Part shown: positions 29,617 through 39,432 of the stretch, piece after piece
Layout of the letters: the number at the start of each line of letters is the position of its first letter
Position numbering within the stretch: the stretch's first letter is position 1
Source: Gemmatimonadota bacterium
GTDB lineage: Bacteria; Gemmatimonadota; Gemmatimonadetes; Longimicrobiales; Gaopeijiaceae
DNA length: 64,000 nt
Reading direction: 5' to 3'
Assembly (NCBI GenBank): GCA_034521595.1
Contig: JAXHMG010000003.1
Location: 2,048,001 to 2,112,000 of the forward strand
Translations under genes and position numbers: made by a program
The notes under the pieces: model-generated
Database searches by the model: none
The model's input: the letters and a program-made list of their open reading frames with translations, nothing else
Told to the model about the DNA's origin: nothing

Positions 29617-31375
29617 GCTGCGCACCCTCCTCCCCTACTTCCGTCCCTACCGGAGGGGGTTCGTCCTCGGCCTGGTGTGCGTCGTCTTCGCCAACGGCTT
29701 CCAGGTGGCGGGGCCGTGGCTGCTCAAGCTGGCCATCGACGGGATCGGCGACCCCGAGGTCACGCGGGCGCGCATCACCGGGCTGGCGGGGCTCATCGTC
29801 CTGGTCGCGCTGATCGGCGGGGCGTTCCGTTACGGCATGCGCGAGCTGCTGAACGGCATCAGCCGGCGCATGGAGGCGGACCTCCGCAACGACTTCTTCG
29901 GGCACCTGCTCCGACTCGATCCGTCCTTCTACGGCCGGACACGCACCGGAGATCTGATGAGCCGGGCCACGAACGACACGCTGGCCGTCCGCATGGCCGT
30001 GGGACCCGCCGTGATGTACACGGTCAACACCGTGGTGACCTTCACGCTCACCCTCGGCCTCATGATCTGGATGAGCCCGCGCCTCACCCTGTACGCGGTG
30101 CTTCCTCTCCTCGCGCTCCCGCCGATCATGATCCGGTTCGGCAAGATCATCCATGAACGGTTCGAGCGCATCCAGGAGCAGTTCTCCTCGATGTCGACCT
30201 TCGTGCAGGAAAACCTCACGGGGGTGCGCATCGTGCGGGCCTACGGCCAGGAAGCGGAGCAGGCCCGTCGCTTCGACGCGTTCAACGAGCGCTACCGACA
30301 ACGAAACATGGCCCTCATCGTGTCGACCGGCGCCTTCCGGCCCCTCCTCATGTTCATCTCGGGACTCTCCATGGTCGTCGTCACCTGGCTCGGGGGCCTC
30401 CAGGTCATCGCCGGCACCATCACCGTGGGCACGTTCGTCGCATTCACGTTCTACCTCACGCTCCTCGTCTGGCCGATGATCGCGCTCGGCTGGGTGGTGA
30501 ACCTCTACCAGCGCGGCGCCGCCTCCATGGGGCGCATCAACCGGATCCTGCGCACCGAGCCGGAGATCACGGCACCCCCGCAGCCGCGCCGACTCTCCGA
30601 TCCGCGGGGCGAGATCCGCTTCGAAGGAGTCTCGTTCGCGTATCCCGGTACCGACCGGGTCGTGCTCCGGGACATCGAGTTCACGGCGCGGGCCGGCGCG
30701 ACCGTGGCCCTCGTGGGTCCGACCGGAGCCGGCAAGAGCACCCTGGTCTCATTGCTCCCCCGTCTCTACGACCCGACCGAAGGCCGCATTCTGTTCGACG
30801 GGATCCCCCTGCCCGAGCTCGATCCGGCCGAGCTGAGGGCGCACCTCGCGATGGTTCCGCAGGATGCCTTCCTCTTCTCCGATTCGATCGCCGCGAACAT
30901 CGGGCTGGGTCATCGGGAGGAGCCGGATCGGGGATCCGTCGAAGCGGCGGCGCGCATCGCCCAGCTCGACGATCAGGTCCGGGAGCTTCCGCACGGCTAC
31001 GACACGCTCCTGGGAGAACGGGGCATCAACCTCTCCGGCGGACAGAAGCAGCGGGCCACGCTCGCCCGGGCGCTGGCGCGCGAGCCGACCGTGCTCGTCC
31101 TCGACGACGCCCTGAGCGCCGTGGACACGCAAACGGAAGCCCGCATCCTCGACGACCTGCGCTCGATCACCTCGAGCCGAACCACCTTCATCATCAGCCA
31201 CCGGGTGTCGGCCGTCATGCATGCGGACCTGATCCTGGTGCTCGAGGCAGGACGCATCGTCCAACGGGGACGTCACACCGACCTCATCGCCGAAGGCGGC
31301 ACCTATGCGAGGCTGCTGGAGCGTCAGCTCCTCGAGGAGGATCTGGAATCGGGCGTGGCGGGAGCGCGCCGGTGA
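29609..31375 (+). CDS. ABC exporter, fused permease/ATPase (MdlA/YheI-like)
   Basis: TGDLMSRATND, GPTGAGKST, LSGGQKQR, LVLDDALSAVD, SHR. Confidence 0.95.
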   Translation: MGELRTLLPYFRPYRRGFVLGLVCVVFANGFQVAGPWLLKLAIDGIGDPEVTRARITGLAGLIVLVALIGGAFRYGMRELLNGISRRMEADLRNDFFGHLLRLDPSFYGRTRTGDLMSRATNDTLAVRMAVGPAVMYTVNTVVTFTLTLGLMIWMSPRLTLYAVLPLLALPPIMIRFGKIIHERFERIQEQFSSMSTFVQENLTGVRIVRAYGQEAEQARRFDAFNERYRQRNMALIVSTGAFRPLLMFISGLSMVVVTWLGGLQVIAGTITVGTFVAFTFYLTLLVWPMIALGWVVNLYQRGAASMGRINRILRTEPEITAPPQPRRLSDPRGEIRFEGVSFAYPGTDRVVLRDIEFTARAGATVALVGPTGAGKSTLVSLLPRLYDPTEGRILFDGIPLPELDPAELRAHLAMVPQDAFLFSDSIAANIGLGHREEPDRGSVEAAARIAQLDDQVRELPHGYDTLLGERGINLSGGQKQRATLARALAREPTVLVLDDALSAVDTQTEARILDDLRSITSSRTTFIISHRVSAVMHADLILVLEAGRIVQRGRHTDLIAEGGTYARLLERQLLEEDLESGVAGARR

Positions 31376-31423
31376 CCGACGGGCGCGCTCACGGGCGCGC
31401 CGCCTGCTTCAGCTCCGTTCGAC

Positions 31424-32155
31424 TCAGATCCGCTCGAGGATGAAGCTGGGGGTAAACCGCGTCAGGTATCCGCTCAACACCGTGAACTGCCCCGTCAGCA
31501 ACAGAACGCCGAACACGATGAGGAGCACGCCGGCCCCCTTCTCCACCGCCGGGATCCACCGGCGGAATCGCTGGAACGTCTGCAAGAACTGATCGAGCGC
31601 GAGAGAGGCGAGGAGAAACGGCACCGCCAGCCCCAACGAGTAGACGCTGAGCAATCCGACGCCGGCCCACATCGTGTCCTGGGTGAAGCCGTAGGTGAGG
31701 ATCGCCCCGAGGATCGGCCCGATGCACGGTGTCCACCCGGCTCCGAACGCCATGCCCACGCCGAACGTTCCGAAGTATCCCGCCGGCTTGTCGTTGAGGT
31801 GCATCCGCCGCTCGCGCATGAGGGGCGCGATGCGGAGGATCCCCGCCATATGGAGCCCCAGAAGGATGATGATGACCCCACCGATCCGCGCGATCCAAAG
31901 CTCGTACTGTCGGAAGAACTGGCCGAGGAACGACGCCGACGCACCGAGCAGGACGAAGATGAGGCTGAAGCCGAAGACGAAGAGGACCGAGTGCACGAAG
32001 GTCGCGCGCCGGTTCAGGCCGGCCTGCAGGTCCTCCAGGCTCATCCCGGTCACGAACGTGAGATAGGTCGGCACGAGCGGAAGCACGCACGGGGACAGGA
32101 ACGACAACACGCCCGCCGTGAACGCGATCGCGACACCGACATCGACTTCATTCAC
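31424..32155 (-). CDS. ccdA: Cytochrome c biogenesis protein CcdA
   Basis: SFLSPCVLPLVP, GWTPCIGPILG, YSLGLAVPF. Confidence 0.95.
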   Translation of the reverse strand: MNEVDVGVAIAFTAGVLSFLSPCVLPLVPTYLTFVTGMSLEDLQAGLNRRATFVHSVLFVFGFSLIFVLLGASASFLGQFFRQYELWIARIGGVIIILLGLHMAGILRIAPLMRERRMHLNDKPAGYFGTFGVGMAFGAGWTPCIGPILGAILTYGFTQDTMWAGVGLLSVYSLGLAVPFLLASLALDQFLQTFQRFRRWIPAVEKGAGVLLIVFGVLLLTGQFTVLSGYLTRFTPSFILERI

Positions 32156-33744
32156 TGGATCTCTCCCTGTTCCGTTCCGGATGTATCCCCTGATGGGTCG
32201 CTCGCGGCGACCCTCGCCTCACGAGCTCGCCTCTCTTCCTGTCGCGCACGCCGGGCCTGCAGAAACGCCCGGATCCCGGTCGTGATCCCGAACCACCCGG
32301 CCACCCCGGCGATCATCCACCCAACCGCGGTCGGAGCCCAAGCCGCGACCGCCGCGACGAGCAGGATCAGGACCGAGACCGTTCCGAGCACCGTCCGGTC
32401 TTCCCTGCCGAGCGTACGGTCGCCCGCCAGGGCGTCGCCCAGCACGACACCGGCCCGGACGACCGACGCCAGGGTCAGCCGCCCCGGCGCATGACCGAGC
32501 GTGCGGATCTCCTGCTCCAGTCGCTCCGGCAGCGTTCCGCTCGGCTCGATCGATTCCTGCGGAGGTCCGGACTCGGCGGCCGTCGTGGTGACCGGACGCG
32601 CCCTGCCCGGCAGCACGATCTCCACCGACGAAGCGAGATCGGCCACGAAGAGTCCTTCGAGCTGACCGGCCAGCCCCCGATCCAGAACGCCCACGTCCAA
32701 CTCCCAGTTCCCCATGAGGCTCGCGCCGTTCAGATTGCTCGAGCCGACACGGCTCCAGACACCGTCCACCACGGACGTCTTGGCGTGGATCATCGGCCCC
32801 TGCCACTCGAAGAGCCGGACGCCGGCTTCGAGCAGAGCGCGGTATCCTCCACGCGAGATGCTTCCCACCCACGGCCAGTTGTTGTGCGCCGGCACCAGGA
32901 TGCGCACGTCCACCCCGTCGCGCGCCGCGGCGCCCAGCGCCTCGGACACCGCTCGGGGCGCCACGAAGTACGCGTCGGTGATCCAGATCCGATGCCGGGC
33001 ACGGGCGACGAAATAGTGGAGGGTGCGGTAGACGCGCGCACGCCCGGGCTCCCCTTCGATGAGCCAGACGGGCGTCTCTCCGGCTTTCGCCGCTTCCGGC
33101 AGCGTCCCGGCCCGAAAGATCGGCTGGTCGATCGACGACCACAAACGCTCGAAAGCGAGCGCCGCGGCGAGCGCCGCCGGGCCGCGGATCTCGACGCCGG
33201 TGTCACGCCACGGTGCCGCCTCGTCGCTGCCGGTCCACTCCACCCCGATGCAGAAGCCGCCCACGAAAGCCACCCGACCGTCGACGCAGATCAGCTTGCG
33301 GTGATCGCGCTGCAATACACCGAACGGATCTCCAAGGCCGACGGACGGCCGGTTGAACGGATGTACGCGGGCCCCTGCCTCGATGAGGGGACGCCAATAG
33401 GAGCGCGGCGTGGCCCAACACCCGATCCAGTCGTACACGATGTGGACCGGCACCCCCGCCCGGGCCTTCGCGACCAGGGCGTCCCGGAACCGGCGTCCAA
33501 CGACGTCGTCGCGGATGACGTAGTTCTCGAAGTAGACGAAGCGCTCGGCACCCTCGATGGCGTCGAGCCAACGAGCGAACGTGCTGGACCCTTCGAACTG
33601 GAGATTCAGCCGGTTGCCCGTGAGCGTCTCCGATCCGGCGGTACGCTCGATCTCGTCCGTTCCGAAGCGCAGCAGGTCCGGCTCGGCCGGAGGGGGGAGG
33701 CGCGGATCGGGTTCCGGGGACGGCACCTGTGGTCGGTCGGTCAC
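32152..33744 (-). CDS. cls: Cardiolipin synthase / phospholipase D family
   Basis: Two HKD motifs (HRKLICVD, HAKTSVVD..GSSN); C-terminal TM helices. Confidence 0.88.
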   Translation of the reverse strand: MTDRPQVPSPEPDPRLPPPAEPDLLRFGTDEIERTAGSETLTGNRLNLQFEGSSTFARWLDAIEGAERFVYFENYVIRDDVVGRRFRDALVAKARAGVPVHIVYDWIGCWATPRSYWRPLIEAGARVHPFNRPSVGLGDPFGVLQRDHRKLICVDGRVAFVGGFCIGVEWTGSDEAAPWRDTGVEIRGPAALAAALAFERLWSSIDQPIFRAGTLPEAAKAGETPVWLIEGEPGRARVYRTLHYFVARARHRIWITDAYFVAPRAVSEALGAAARDGVDVRILVPAHNNWPWVGSISRGGYRALLEAGVRLFEWQGPMIHAKTSVVDGVWSRVGSSNLNGASLMGNWELDVGVLDRGLAGQLEGLFVADLASSVEIVLPGRARPVTTTAAESGPPQESIEPSGTLPERLEQEIRTLGHAPGRLTLASVVRAGVVLGDALAGDRTLGREDRTVLGTVSVLILLVAAVAAWAPTAVGWMIAGVAGWFGITTGIRAFLQARRARQEERRAREARVAASDPSGDTSGTEQGEIQ

Positions 33745-33762
33745 GGGAGTCGGCCTCCGACC

Positions 33763-34677
33763 TCAGCCGAGCTCCGAGGCGAAGCGGTACGAGAGCAGCT
33801 TGTAGACGAGCTTCGCGATCAGGAAATCGGGAGCGTGGTTGCCCGCCATGGGTGCATGCTCGACCACGTCCGCGGCGACGACCTCGCGCTCCGCGAAGAC
33901 CCGCTTCAGGAACCGGAGCGTCCGGTACCAGTCGCCACCCCCGGGCTCCGGGGTCCCCGTCGACGGGACGAGAGACGGGTCGAAATAGTCCACGTCGAAG
34001 GTCAGGTACACGCGAGGTCCGAGGGCGTCGAGGGCGCGGTCCATCCAGCGGTCACTCTCCCACATCGCGTCGGCCCACACGAGCTCGGACCCCGACGTGG
34101 CCTCCGAGAGGGCCTGTTCCTCTTCACTCGTGGCGCGGATCCCCACGCCGACGACGTCCACCCGGTCGAGCACGCGGCCCATGACCGCGGCATGCGAGTG
34201 GGGCGTGCCCTCGTAGCTCCGGCGCAGATCGGCATGCGCGTCCATCTGCAGCACGCTGAGGCGGGTGTCCGAGCGTTCCGCCTGTGCCAGGACGGCGGGC
34301 CCCGTCAAGGAGTGCTCTCCCCCCAACATCAACAGGAAGCGATCGTCGCAAGCTTCGGCGACCCGCGCGTACGCTTCGCCGAGCTGCTCCATGGCGTGCG
34401 CGGCACCGGCTTTGGTCAACTCGAGGGAAGGAAGCGTGTGCACCCCGTACCCGAGCGCGGGTTCTCCTCCGAGCTCCTGATCGAAGAGCTCGACATAGCG
34501 GGATGCCTCGATGATCGTCCGCGGCCCTTCACGCGTTCCACCACCGTACGAGGTCGTCGATTCGTACGGTACCGGAAGCAAGACCGCGCGAGCACGGTCG
34601 AAGTCGCCGTCCGCACCATCGAGCCCCAGGAACGTGTGAGGCGCCTCCCAGGGGAGGTCCCGCAGGGCTTCGATCAC
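33763..34677 (-). CDS. speB: Agmatinase
   Basis: PYESTTSYGGGTREGP, GGEHS, DAHADLR, DVDYFDPS..TGTPEPGG; GTG overlaps the fur stop. Confidence 0.92.
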   Translation of the reverse strand: MIEALRDLPWEAPHTFLGLDGADGDFDRARAVLLPVPYESTTSYGGGTREGPRTIIEASRYVELFDQELGGEPALGYGVHTLPSLELTKAGAAHAMEQLGEAYARVAEACDDRFLLMLGGEHSLTGPAVLAQAERSDTRLSVLQMDAHADLRRSYEGTPHSHAAVMGRVLDRVDVVGVGIRATSEEEQALSEATSGSELVWADAMWESDRWMDRALDALGPRVYLTFDVDYFDPSLVPSTGTPEPGGGDWYRTLRFLKRVFAEREVVAADVVEHAPMAGNHAPDFLIAKLVYKLLSYRFASELG

Positions 34678-35174
34678 ACCGTCTCGATAGGACAGGTGAG
34701 TCCCTCGTTCGGCAACTCGACGCCCGCTTCCTGGCATTCGTTGCACAGGCCGTAGATCTCCAGGCGGTGCCGTACGGGTGCGAACCCGTGCTCGCTCCGA
34801 ACCCGGTTCTCGACCGAATACATCTCCGTGCTCTCGAACTCCTCGACCTTGGCGCACTCCAAGCAGATCAGGTGCTCGTGGACGGGATGTCGTGAAAGGC
34901 GGTGCTCGTAGCGCTTGAAGCCCTCACCGAAATCGTGCTCTTCGACCAAGCGGCTACGCACGAGGAGGTCCAACGTGCGATAGATGGTCGCTTTACCGAT
35001 GCGCTCTCCGCGCTGGCGGATCTCTCGCTCGATATCGTCGACCGAAAGGTGGGCGTCGGAACCGAAGACGACATCGGCCACCACCTCGCGCTGGTGTGTG
35101 ACCGGTAAGCCGAGATCACGCAGGTACCGGCCGAACAGCCGGGTAAACGGATCGGTGACGGTTGCTGTGCTCAC
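34674..35174 (-). CDS. Fur family transcriptional regulator
   Basis: THQR..HLSVDD..ATIYRTLDLL..HEHLICLEC..LEIYGLCNEC. Confidence 0.94.
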   Translation of the reverse strand: MSTATVTDPFTRLFGRYLRDLGLPVTHQREVVADVVFGSDAHLSVDDIEREIRQRGERIGKATIYRTLDLLVRSRLVEEHDFGEGFKRYEHRLSRHPVHEHLICLECAKVEEFESTEMYSVENRVRSEHGFAPVRHRLEIYGLCNECQEAGVELPNEGLTCPIETV

Positions 35175-35608
35175 GCGTCCCTCGCCTTCAGAAACTCCGT
35201 ATCGAACTCCTCGAGGAGCTCCTCGAACCGGGCCGGCTCGCCGCCGACCTCGACTTCTCGGGGCTCACCCAACTCGTCGCCGCTGCGGCGCACCACTCCT
35301 TCGATCACCGCGGCGAACCTGTCCGCCGGCGCTTCGCCCTCGTGGCTCACGGAGGGCGTCACGCTCACGCCATGTCCGGTATGCTCCGCCACGTACGCGA
35401 CCGTGACCATGCCTCTCCGGTCGGAGGCACCGTCCAGAAACGTACTGACCGCGACCAGACCTTGTTCCTGCCTACCCCGCCGAACAGGGGGAAAGATCCA
35501 CAGGCGTTCGATGAAGGGAGCCCCGATCTCGTCTCGAATCCGGATCAACGCGCGCGGAATCGCCTCCGGCACGCCGGGGTCCGAGCCGGCAGAGGCATCG
35601 CCGCTCAT
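35171..35608 (-). CDS. Hypothetical protein
   Basis: Translationally coupled on both sides (TGATG, GTGA); IERLWIFPP motif. Confidence 0.75.
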   Translation of the reverse strand: MSGDASAGSDPGVPEAIPRALIRIRDEIGAPFIERLWIFPPVRRGRQEQGLVAVSTFLDGASDRRGMVTVAYVAEHTGHGVSVTPSVSHEGEAPADRFAAVIEGVVRRSGDELGEPREVEVGGEPARFEELLEEFDTEFLKARDA

Positions 35609-36639
35609 CAGGCCTTCTGCTCGGCGGCGTCCCCCGAGACCACCTCCCGGGTGACCGAGAGCACCTCGGCCACCGCGCGCTCCATCGGTCCCGGCAGCAT
35701 CGCGCCCGAGGCCTTCGTGTGCCCGCCACCCTCCCAGTGGCGGGCGAGGGCGTTGACGTCGACCTCGCCCGTCGAACGGAACGAAACTTTGATCTCTCCC
35801 GCCGCCGTGCCGCGAAAGAGCAGCGCGACCTGGGTCCCTTCCAGCGTCCGGGGCACGTCGACGAGCCCTTCGAGATCCTCGGGAGTCGCGCCGATCCGCT
35901 CGTACGACTCGGTCGGGACGGTCATCCAGGAAACCCCGGCCTCCGGGTCGCTTTCCAGCGTGTCCAGAGAATCCCGCAGCAACCGGAACTTCCGAATGGT
36001 CGCGGAGCCGTAGATCCGGTCGTAGATCGCTTCGGGATTCACGCCCCGCGCGATGAGGTCGGCGGCGATGTGGTGGCTGTCCGGCGTGGCGTTGGTGTAG
36101 CGGAAGCCCCCGGTATCGGTCAGGATCGCCACGTAGATGCCGAGCGTGACGTGATCCGTCCACGGTCCGCCGGCCTTTGAGATCACGTCGTACACGAGCT
36201 CACCCGTGGCACACGCGTCCGCATCGCGCAGGGACGTTCCCCCGATCGCGCGCTCGCCCGGAGGATGATGGTCGAGCACGAGCGTCGGCAGATCCCGAAT
36301 GAGGTCGCGCACCCGGCCGATCCTCGGGACTTCGCCCGTGTCGAGAACGACGGCGAGGTCGGCATCCGCGCACAGGTCGCGCGCCTTCGCCGAGCCGGCC
36401 GGCACGATCCAGCTTTCCGACTCGATGAGAAAACGAAACTGGTCCGGAAAGGGCGTCGGGTTGATGATCCAGGCCTCCGTCCCGTTGGCCCTGAGCCAGG
36501 AAGCGATCGCTCCCTGACAGCCCGTGCCGTCCCCGTCCGCGTTCAGATGCGTCGTCAGCACGGCGCGACGGGAGGCGAGAAGCGCGTTCCTCGCCTCCAT
36601 CACGGCGGGCACCCGCTCCGGGGGCGTCCGGTAGCTCAC
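35608..36639 (-). CDS. nrnA: DHH/DHHA1 bifunctional oligoribonuclease/pAp phosphatase
   Basis: THLNADGD, LDT, DHH, TDTGGF, KVSFRS, GGGH..ASG. Confidence 0.92.
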   Translation of the reverse strand: MSYRTPPERVPAVMEARNALLASRRAVLTTHLNADGDGTGCQGAIASWLRANGTEAWIINPTPFPDQFRFLIESESWIVPAGSAKARDLCADADLAVVLDTGEVPRIGRVRDLIRDLPTLVLDHHPPGERAIGGTSLRDADACATGELVYDVISKAGGPWTDHVTLGIYVAILTDTGGFRYTNATPDSHHIAADLIARGVNPEAIYDRIYGSATIRKFRLLRDSLDTLESDPEAGVSWMTVPTESYERIGATPEDLEGLVDVPRTLEGTQVALLFRGTAAGEIKVSFRSTGEVDVNALARHWEGGGHTKASGAMLPGPMERAVAEVLSVTREVVSGDAAEQKA

Positions 36640-36729
36640 TTCGACTCCTGACCCTGCTGAGATGAAGAGCTCGGTCGGGCTCCCCCCGACATGCTAGCCC
36701 GGAAGATACCCAAGACGGGCGGTCGGACG

Positions 36730-37998
36730 CTACGGGGCGCCGCCTCCGGGAAGCTTCTTCCGCACCTTCGCCCAGGTCGAGGCCAGGTGCACAAGCCTCG
36801 ACGCTTCCGTGCCCCCCACCCGCGCGTGCCGGAGGGCGTTCCGGAGCGCGTCGGGCCGGTTGGCATGGGCCGGAAGCTCCACGAAAGCGTTCCCGAGCTC
36901 CCGTAGGGTATGGGCATCGGATCCGGCCCCCCGAAGGGTACCGTGCCGGTCGGCCAAGTCTTCGGCCCTGGGATTGGCGGTGGGATGATGAAGCCGTGCA
37001 TTGAACACTTCCACGACTTCACAAAGCGACGCGAGCCGGTCGGCGAGCCGTCCTCCCCCACCCTTTCCACCCGCGTACGGATGGGGCAGATAGGAGATCC
37101 CCCCCTGTTCGTGAATCCAGGCGATCGTCTTCTCGGCGGGGGTGCCCCTCGGAATCTCCTCCGAGAGGTAGAGGCCGATGACGTCGATGCCTTCGGCCGT
37201 CCGAACCTCTTCCCCCGGAACGATGGCCTCCGGATGCCGCTCCGCCATGCGGAGCGCCAGTCCGAGCCGGTCGTGGTCCGTGATCGCGATGCGACCGTAC
37301 CCGAGCGCGCGCATCCGACGGAGCACGGCTTCCGGGTCGGAGAGACAGTCCCAGGACGCCATCGTGTGCAAATGCAGATCCATGCGGAGCTCGGACCGCG
37401 CACGTGCCCGCAAGTCGTCCAGCACCCGGTCCGCCCGCTCGCGGATGGCGTCGAGGCTCGCTCCGTTGTCGATCACGATGTCTGAGCGAGCCCGCTTCTC
37501 CTCCGCCGGCATTTGAGCGTCCATCATGCGGCGCGCCTCGGCCTCGTCGATGCCCCGGTCGGAGACCAGCCGAGCCAGCCGCACGGCTTCGGGGGCGTCG
37601 ACGAGCACCGTCACGTCGAAGTCCTCTTCACCTCCGGTCTCGAAAAGGAGCGGGATCTCGGACACCGCGAGCTCGTGGCCCCGTTCCTCCTGCTCCGCGA
37701 ACCACTGCTCCCGTTGCTCCCGCACGCTGGGGTGGATGATGGCCTCGAGCTTGGCGCGAGCTTCCTCGTCCCGGAAAACTCTGGCGCGCAGGGCCGCACG
37801 GTCGAGCGTGCCGTCGATCCCGACCACCTCGTCCCCGAAGGCCTCGCGGACCCGGTCGAAGCCGTGCGTGCCCGGTTCCACCGCTCGGCGGGCGAACGTG
37901 TCCGCGCTGGCGACCGGGACGTCCCGGGCCGCCCAGAGCTCGGCGACGGTCGACTTCCCCGCTGCGATGCTTCCGGTGAGCGCGACGTTGAGCGTCAT
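36730..37998 (-). CDS. coaE: Dephospho-CoA kinase fused to a C-terminal PHP-domain phosphoesterase
   Basis: LTGSIAAGKST, LDRAAL..F, LEAIIHP, EIPLLFE, AQM; then in frame DLHLHT..D, ITDHD, GEE, PHP, EVFNAR, GSDAH. Confidence 0.9.
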   Translation of the reverse strand: MTLNVALTGSIAAGKSTVAELWAARDVPVASADTFARRAVEPGTHGFDRVREAFGDEVVGIDGTLDRAALRARVFRDEEARAKLEAIIHPSVREQREQWFAEQEERGHELAVSEIPLLFETGGEEDFDVTVLVDAPEAVRLARLVSDRGIDEAEARRMMDAQMPAEEKRARSDIVIDNGASLDAIRERADRVLDDLRARARSELRMDLHLHTMASWDCLSDPEAVLRRMRALGYGRIAITDHDRLGLALRMAERHPEAIVPGEEVRTAEGIDVIGLYLSEEIPRGTPAEKTIAWIHEQGGISYLPHPYAGGKGGGGRLADRLASLCEVVEVFNARLHHPTANPRAEDLADRHGTLRGAGSDAHTLRELGNAFVELPAHANRPDALRNALRHARVGGTEASRLVHLASTWAKVRKKLPGGGAP

Positions 37999-38621
37999 GT
38001 CGTGGGCCTCTCGGACGCGACACCGACCCGCTTCCGACGCCACAGGAACCAGAGCACGGCGCCCGCGGCCACGAACAGCGTCGCGCCTCCCACGCCGACC
38101 CAGCGAGCCACGGCCTGCCAGCTTTCCCCTGCCAGCGCACCGATTCCCACGTAGATCGCCAGCCAACCCACGAGGCCGAAAGTCTGGTAGAAGAGGAACC
38201 GTCCGTAGGAGAGGCCACTCATCCCGGCCGCCATGGGCATGAGGGTGCGGGCGAAGGAGATCAGGCGTCCGACCGTGACCGAGTAGACCGGGTGCCGACC
38301 GAAGAACCCGCTCAGCCGTGCGTGCCGCTCGCTCGCCACTCTGGAGAGTCGCCCTTTTCCTTGGAGGAAACGCACGCCCCACACCCGACCAACCCAGTAG
38401 CCGGCCGTATCTCCGAGCGCGCCCCCGGCCGCCGCCGCGGTCAGCATCGGCGCGAGGGCCACGTCACCTTCCAGCGCCAGCGCCGTCGCGAAAGATGTCG
38501 CCATGCCGGAGGGCACCACCAGGCCCGTGATGAAGCACGTCTCGAGCACCGCGAGCACGAACAGGAGCCACGGGCCGTAGAGCGGAAGGAGCTGAAGCAG
38601 GTACGCGCCGATCGGGTCCAT
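37995..38621 (-). CDS. DedA family membrane protein
   Basis: LETCFITGLVVPS, GDTAGYWVGR, GRLISFART..AG; ATGA overlap with coaE. Confidence 0.92.
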   Translation of the reverse strand: MDPIGAYLLQLLPLYGPWLLFVLAVLETCFITGLVVPSGMATSFATALALEGDVALAPMLTAAAAGGALGDTAGYWVGRVWGVRFLQGKGRLSRVASERHARLSGFFGRHPVYSVTVGRLISFARTLMPMAAGMSGLSYGRFLFYQTFGLVGWLAIYVGIGALAGESWQAVARWVGVGGATLFVAAGAVLWFLWRRKRVGVASERPTT

Positions 38622-38672
38622 GAGCTTCAGGCGGAGACCGGGGCGGACCGGGGGCGCGAGGTGCGGGCGCAC

Positions 38673-39047
38673 TCAGCCGCGTGGCGTCGCCACGAGCATG
38701 TCGTCGTCCGTGCCGGGCAATCCGTCGGGCCCCGCGGACACGATACCGACCGAGTCGGGCCACACGCGGAGCCCATACGTGGCTCCCCACCGATCATGGA
38801 CCACCGTGCCGTTCCGGTACCGCTCGTCCAGCCACGCCTGCCAGGCCCCCTCGTCGGTGGGAAGCTCTCCGGTGAGGCGTTCGTGCGAGACCACGTTGCG
38901 GCCCACGCGCTCCATCTCGTCGATGGCGCCGAGGGCCGTATACGGACGCAGCACGCGCTCGGCCGCCTCATGCAGGATCGCTCGCGTCTCCGGAAAGTAG
39001 TACCATGTGACCACACATAACATGCTGAGGAGCACGAGCCTAGTCAT
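38673..39047 (-). CDS. GspG-like (T2SS pseudopilin C-terminal domain) protein
   Basis: DRWGATY..IVSAGPDGLPGTDDD; N-terminal TM helix, no prepilin G/F cleavage motif. Confidence 0.7.
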   Translation of the reverse strand: MTRLVLLSMLCVVTWYYFPETRAILHEAAERVLRPYTALGAIDEMERVGRNVVSHERLTGELPTDEGAWQAWLDERYRNGTVVHDRWGATYGLRVWPDSVGIVSAGPDGLPGTDDDMLVATPRG

Positions 39048-39324
39048 GGGCCGGGCGCTCCATTTCCCTTCGGCCGGAGATCCGGCGCCGCATGCGGGCG
39101 CTCCACGCCAGGTATCGCTCGAGGTCGTCGAGGTCCGGAACGGCCTCGGGGTCGCCCAGGGCGGTCTCCATGCGCCAGCGCAGATAGGACGACGGCGGCA
39201 TGGGAAGGAACGGGAACCGACGGTACCAGCGACGGTCCCGAAACGCCCAAGCGGCGCGGAGAATGCTGGGAATGGTCCAGGGCCGCCGAAGCGCGAGCTC
39301 CGCCATGCGCGAGTAAATCGACAC
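39040..39324 (-). CDS. Small hypothetical protein
   Basis: Tail of a long shadow ORF reads as a plausible protein (WYRRFPFLPMPPSSYLRWRMETA.G); overlaps the next start. Start GTG 39324 or ATG 39306. Confidence 0.65.
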   Translation of the reverse strand: MSIYSRMAELALRRPWTIPSILRAAWAFRDRRWYRRFPFLPMPPSSYLRWRMETALGDPEAVPDLDDLERYLAWSARMRRRISGRREMERPAHD

Positions 39325-39432
39325 GATCGAAAGGACTGGGTGGGTGAAGGAAGATCCGGATGAACTCTGGGTCGCCCGGACAATGTAACCGTCGCCCGCC
39401 CGAACTGTAATCATTTGTTTACCGGAGCCCCG

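Noticed and set aside
39400-39425. Fur box (gtaatcatttgttt)
   Set aside because: Only a partial half-site; no palindrome.
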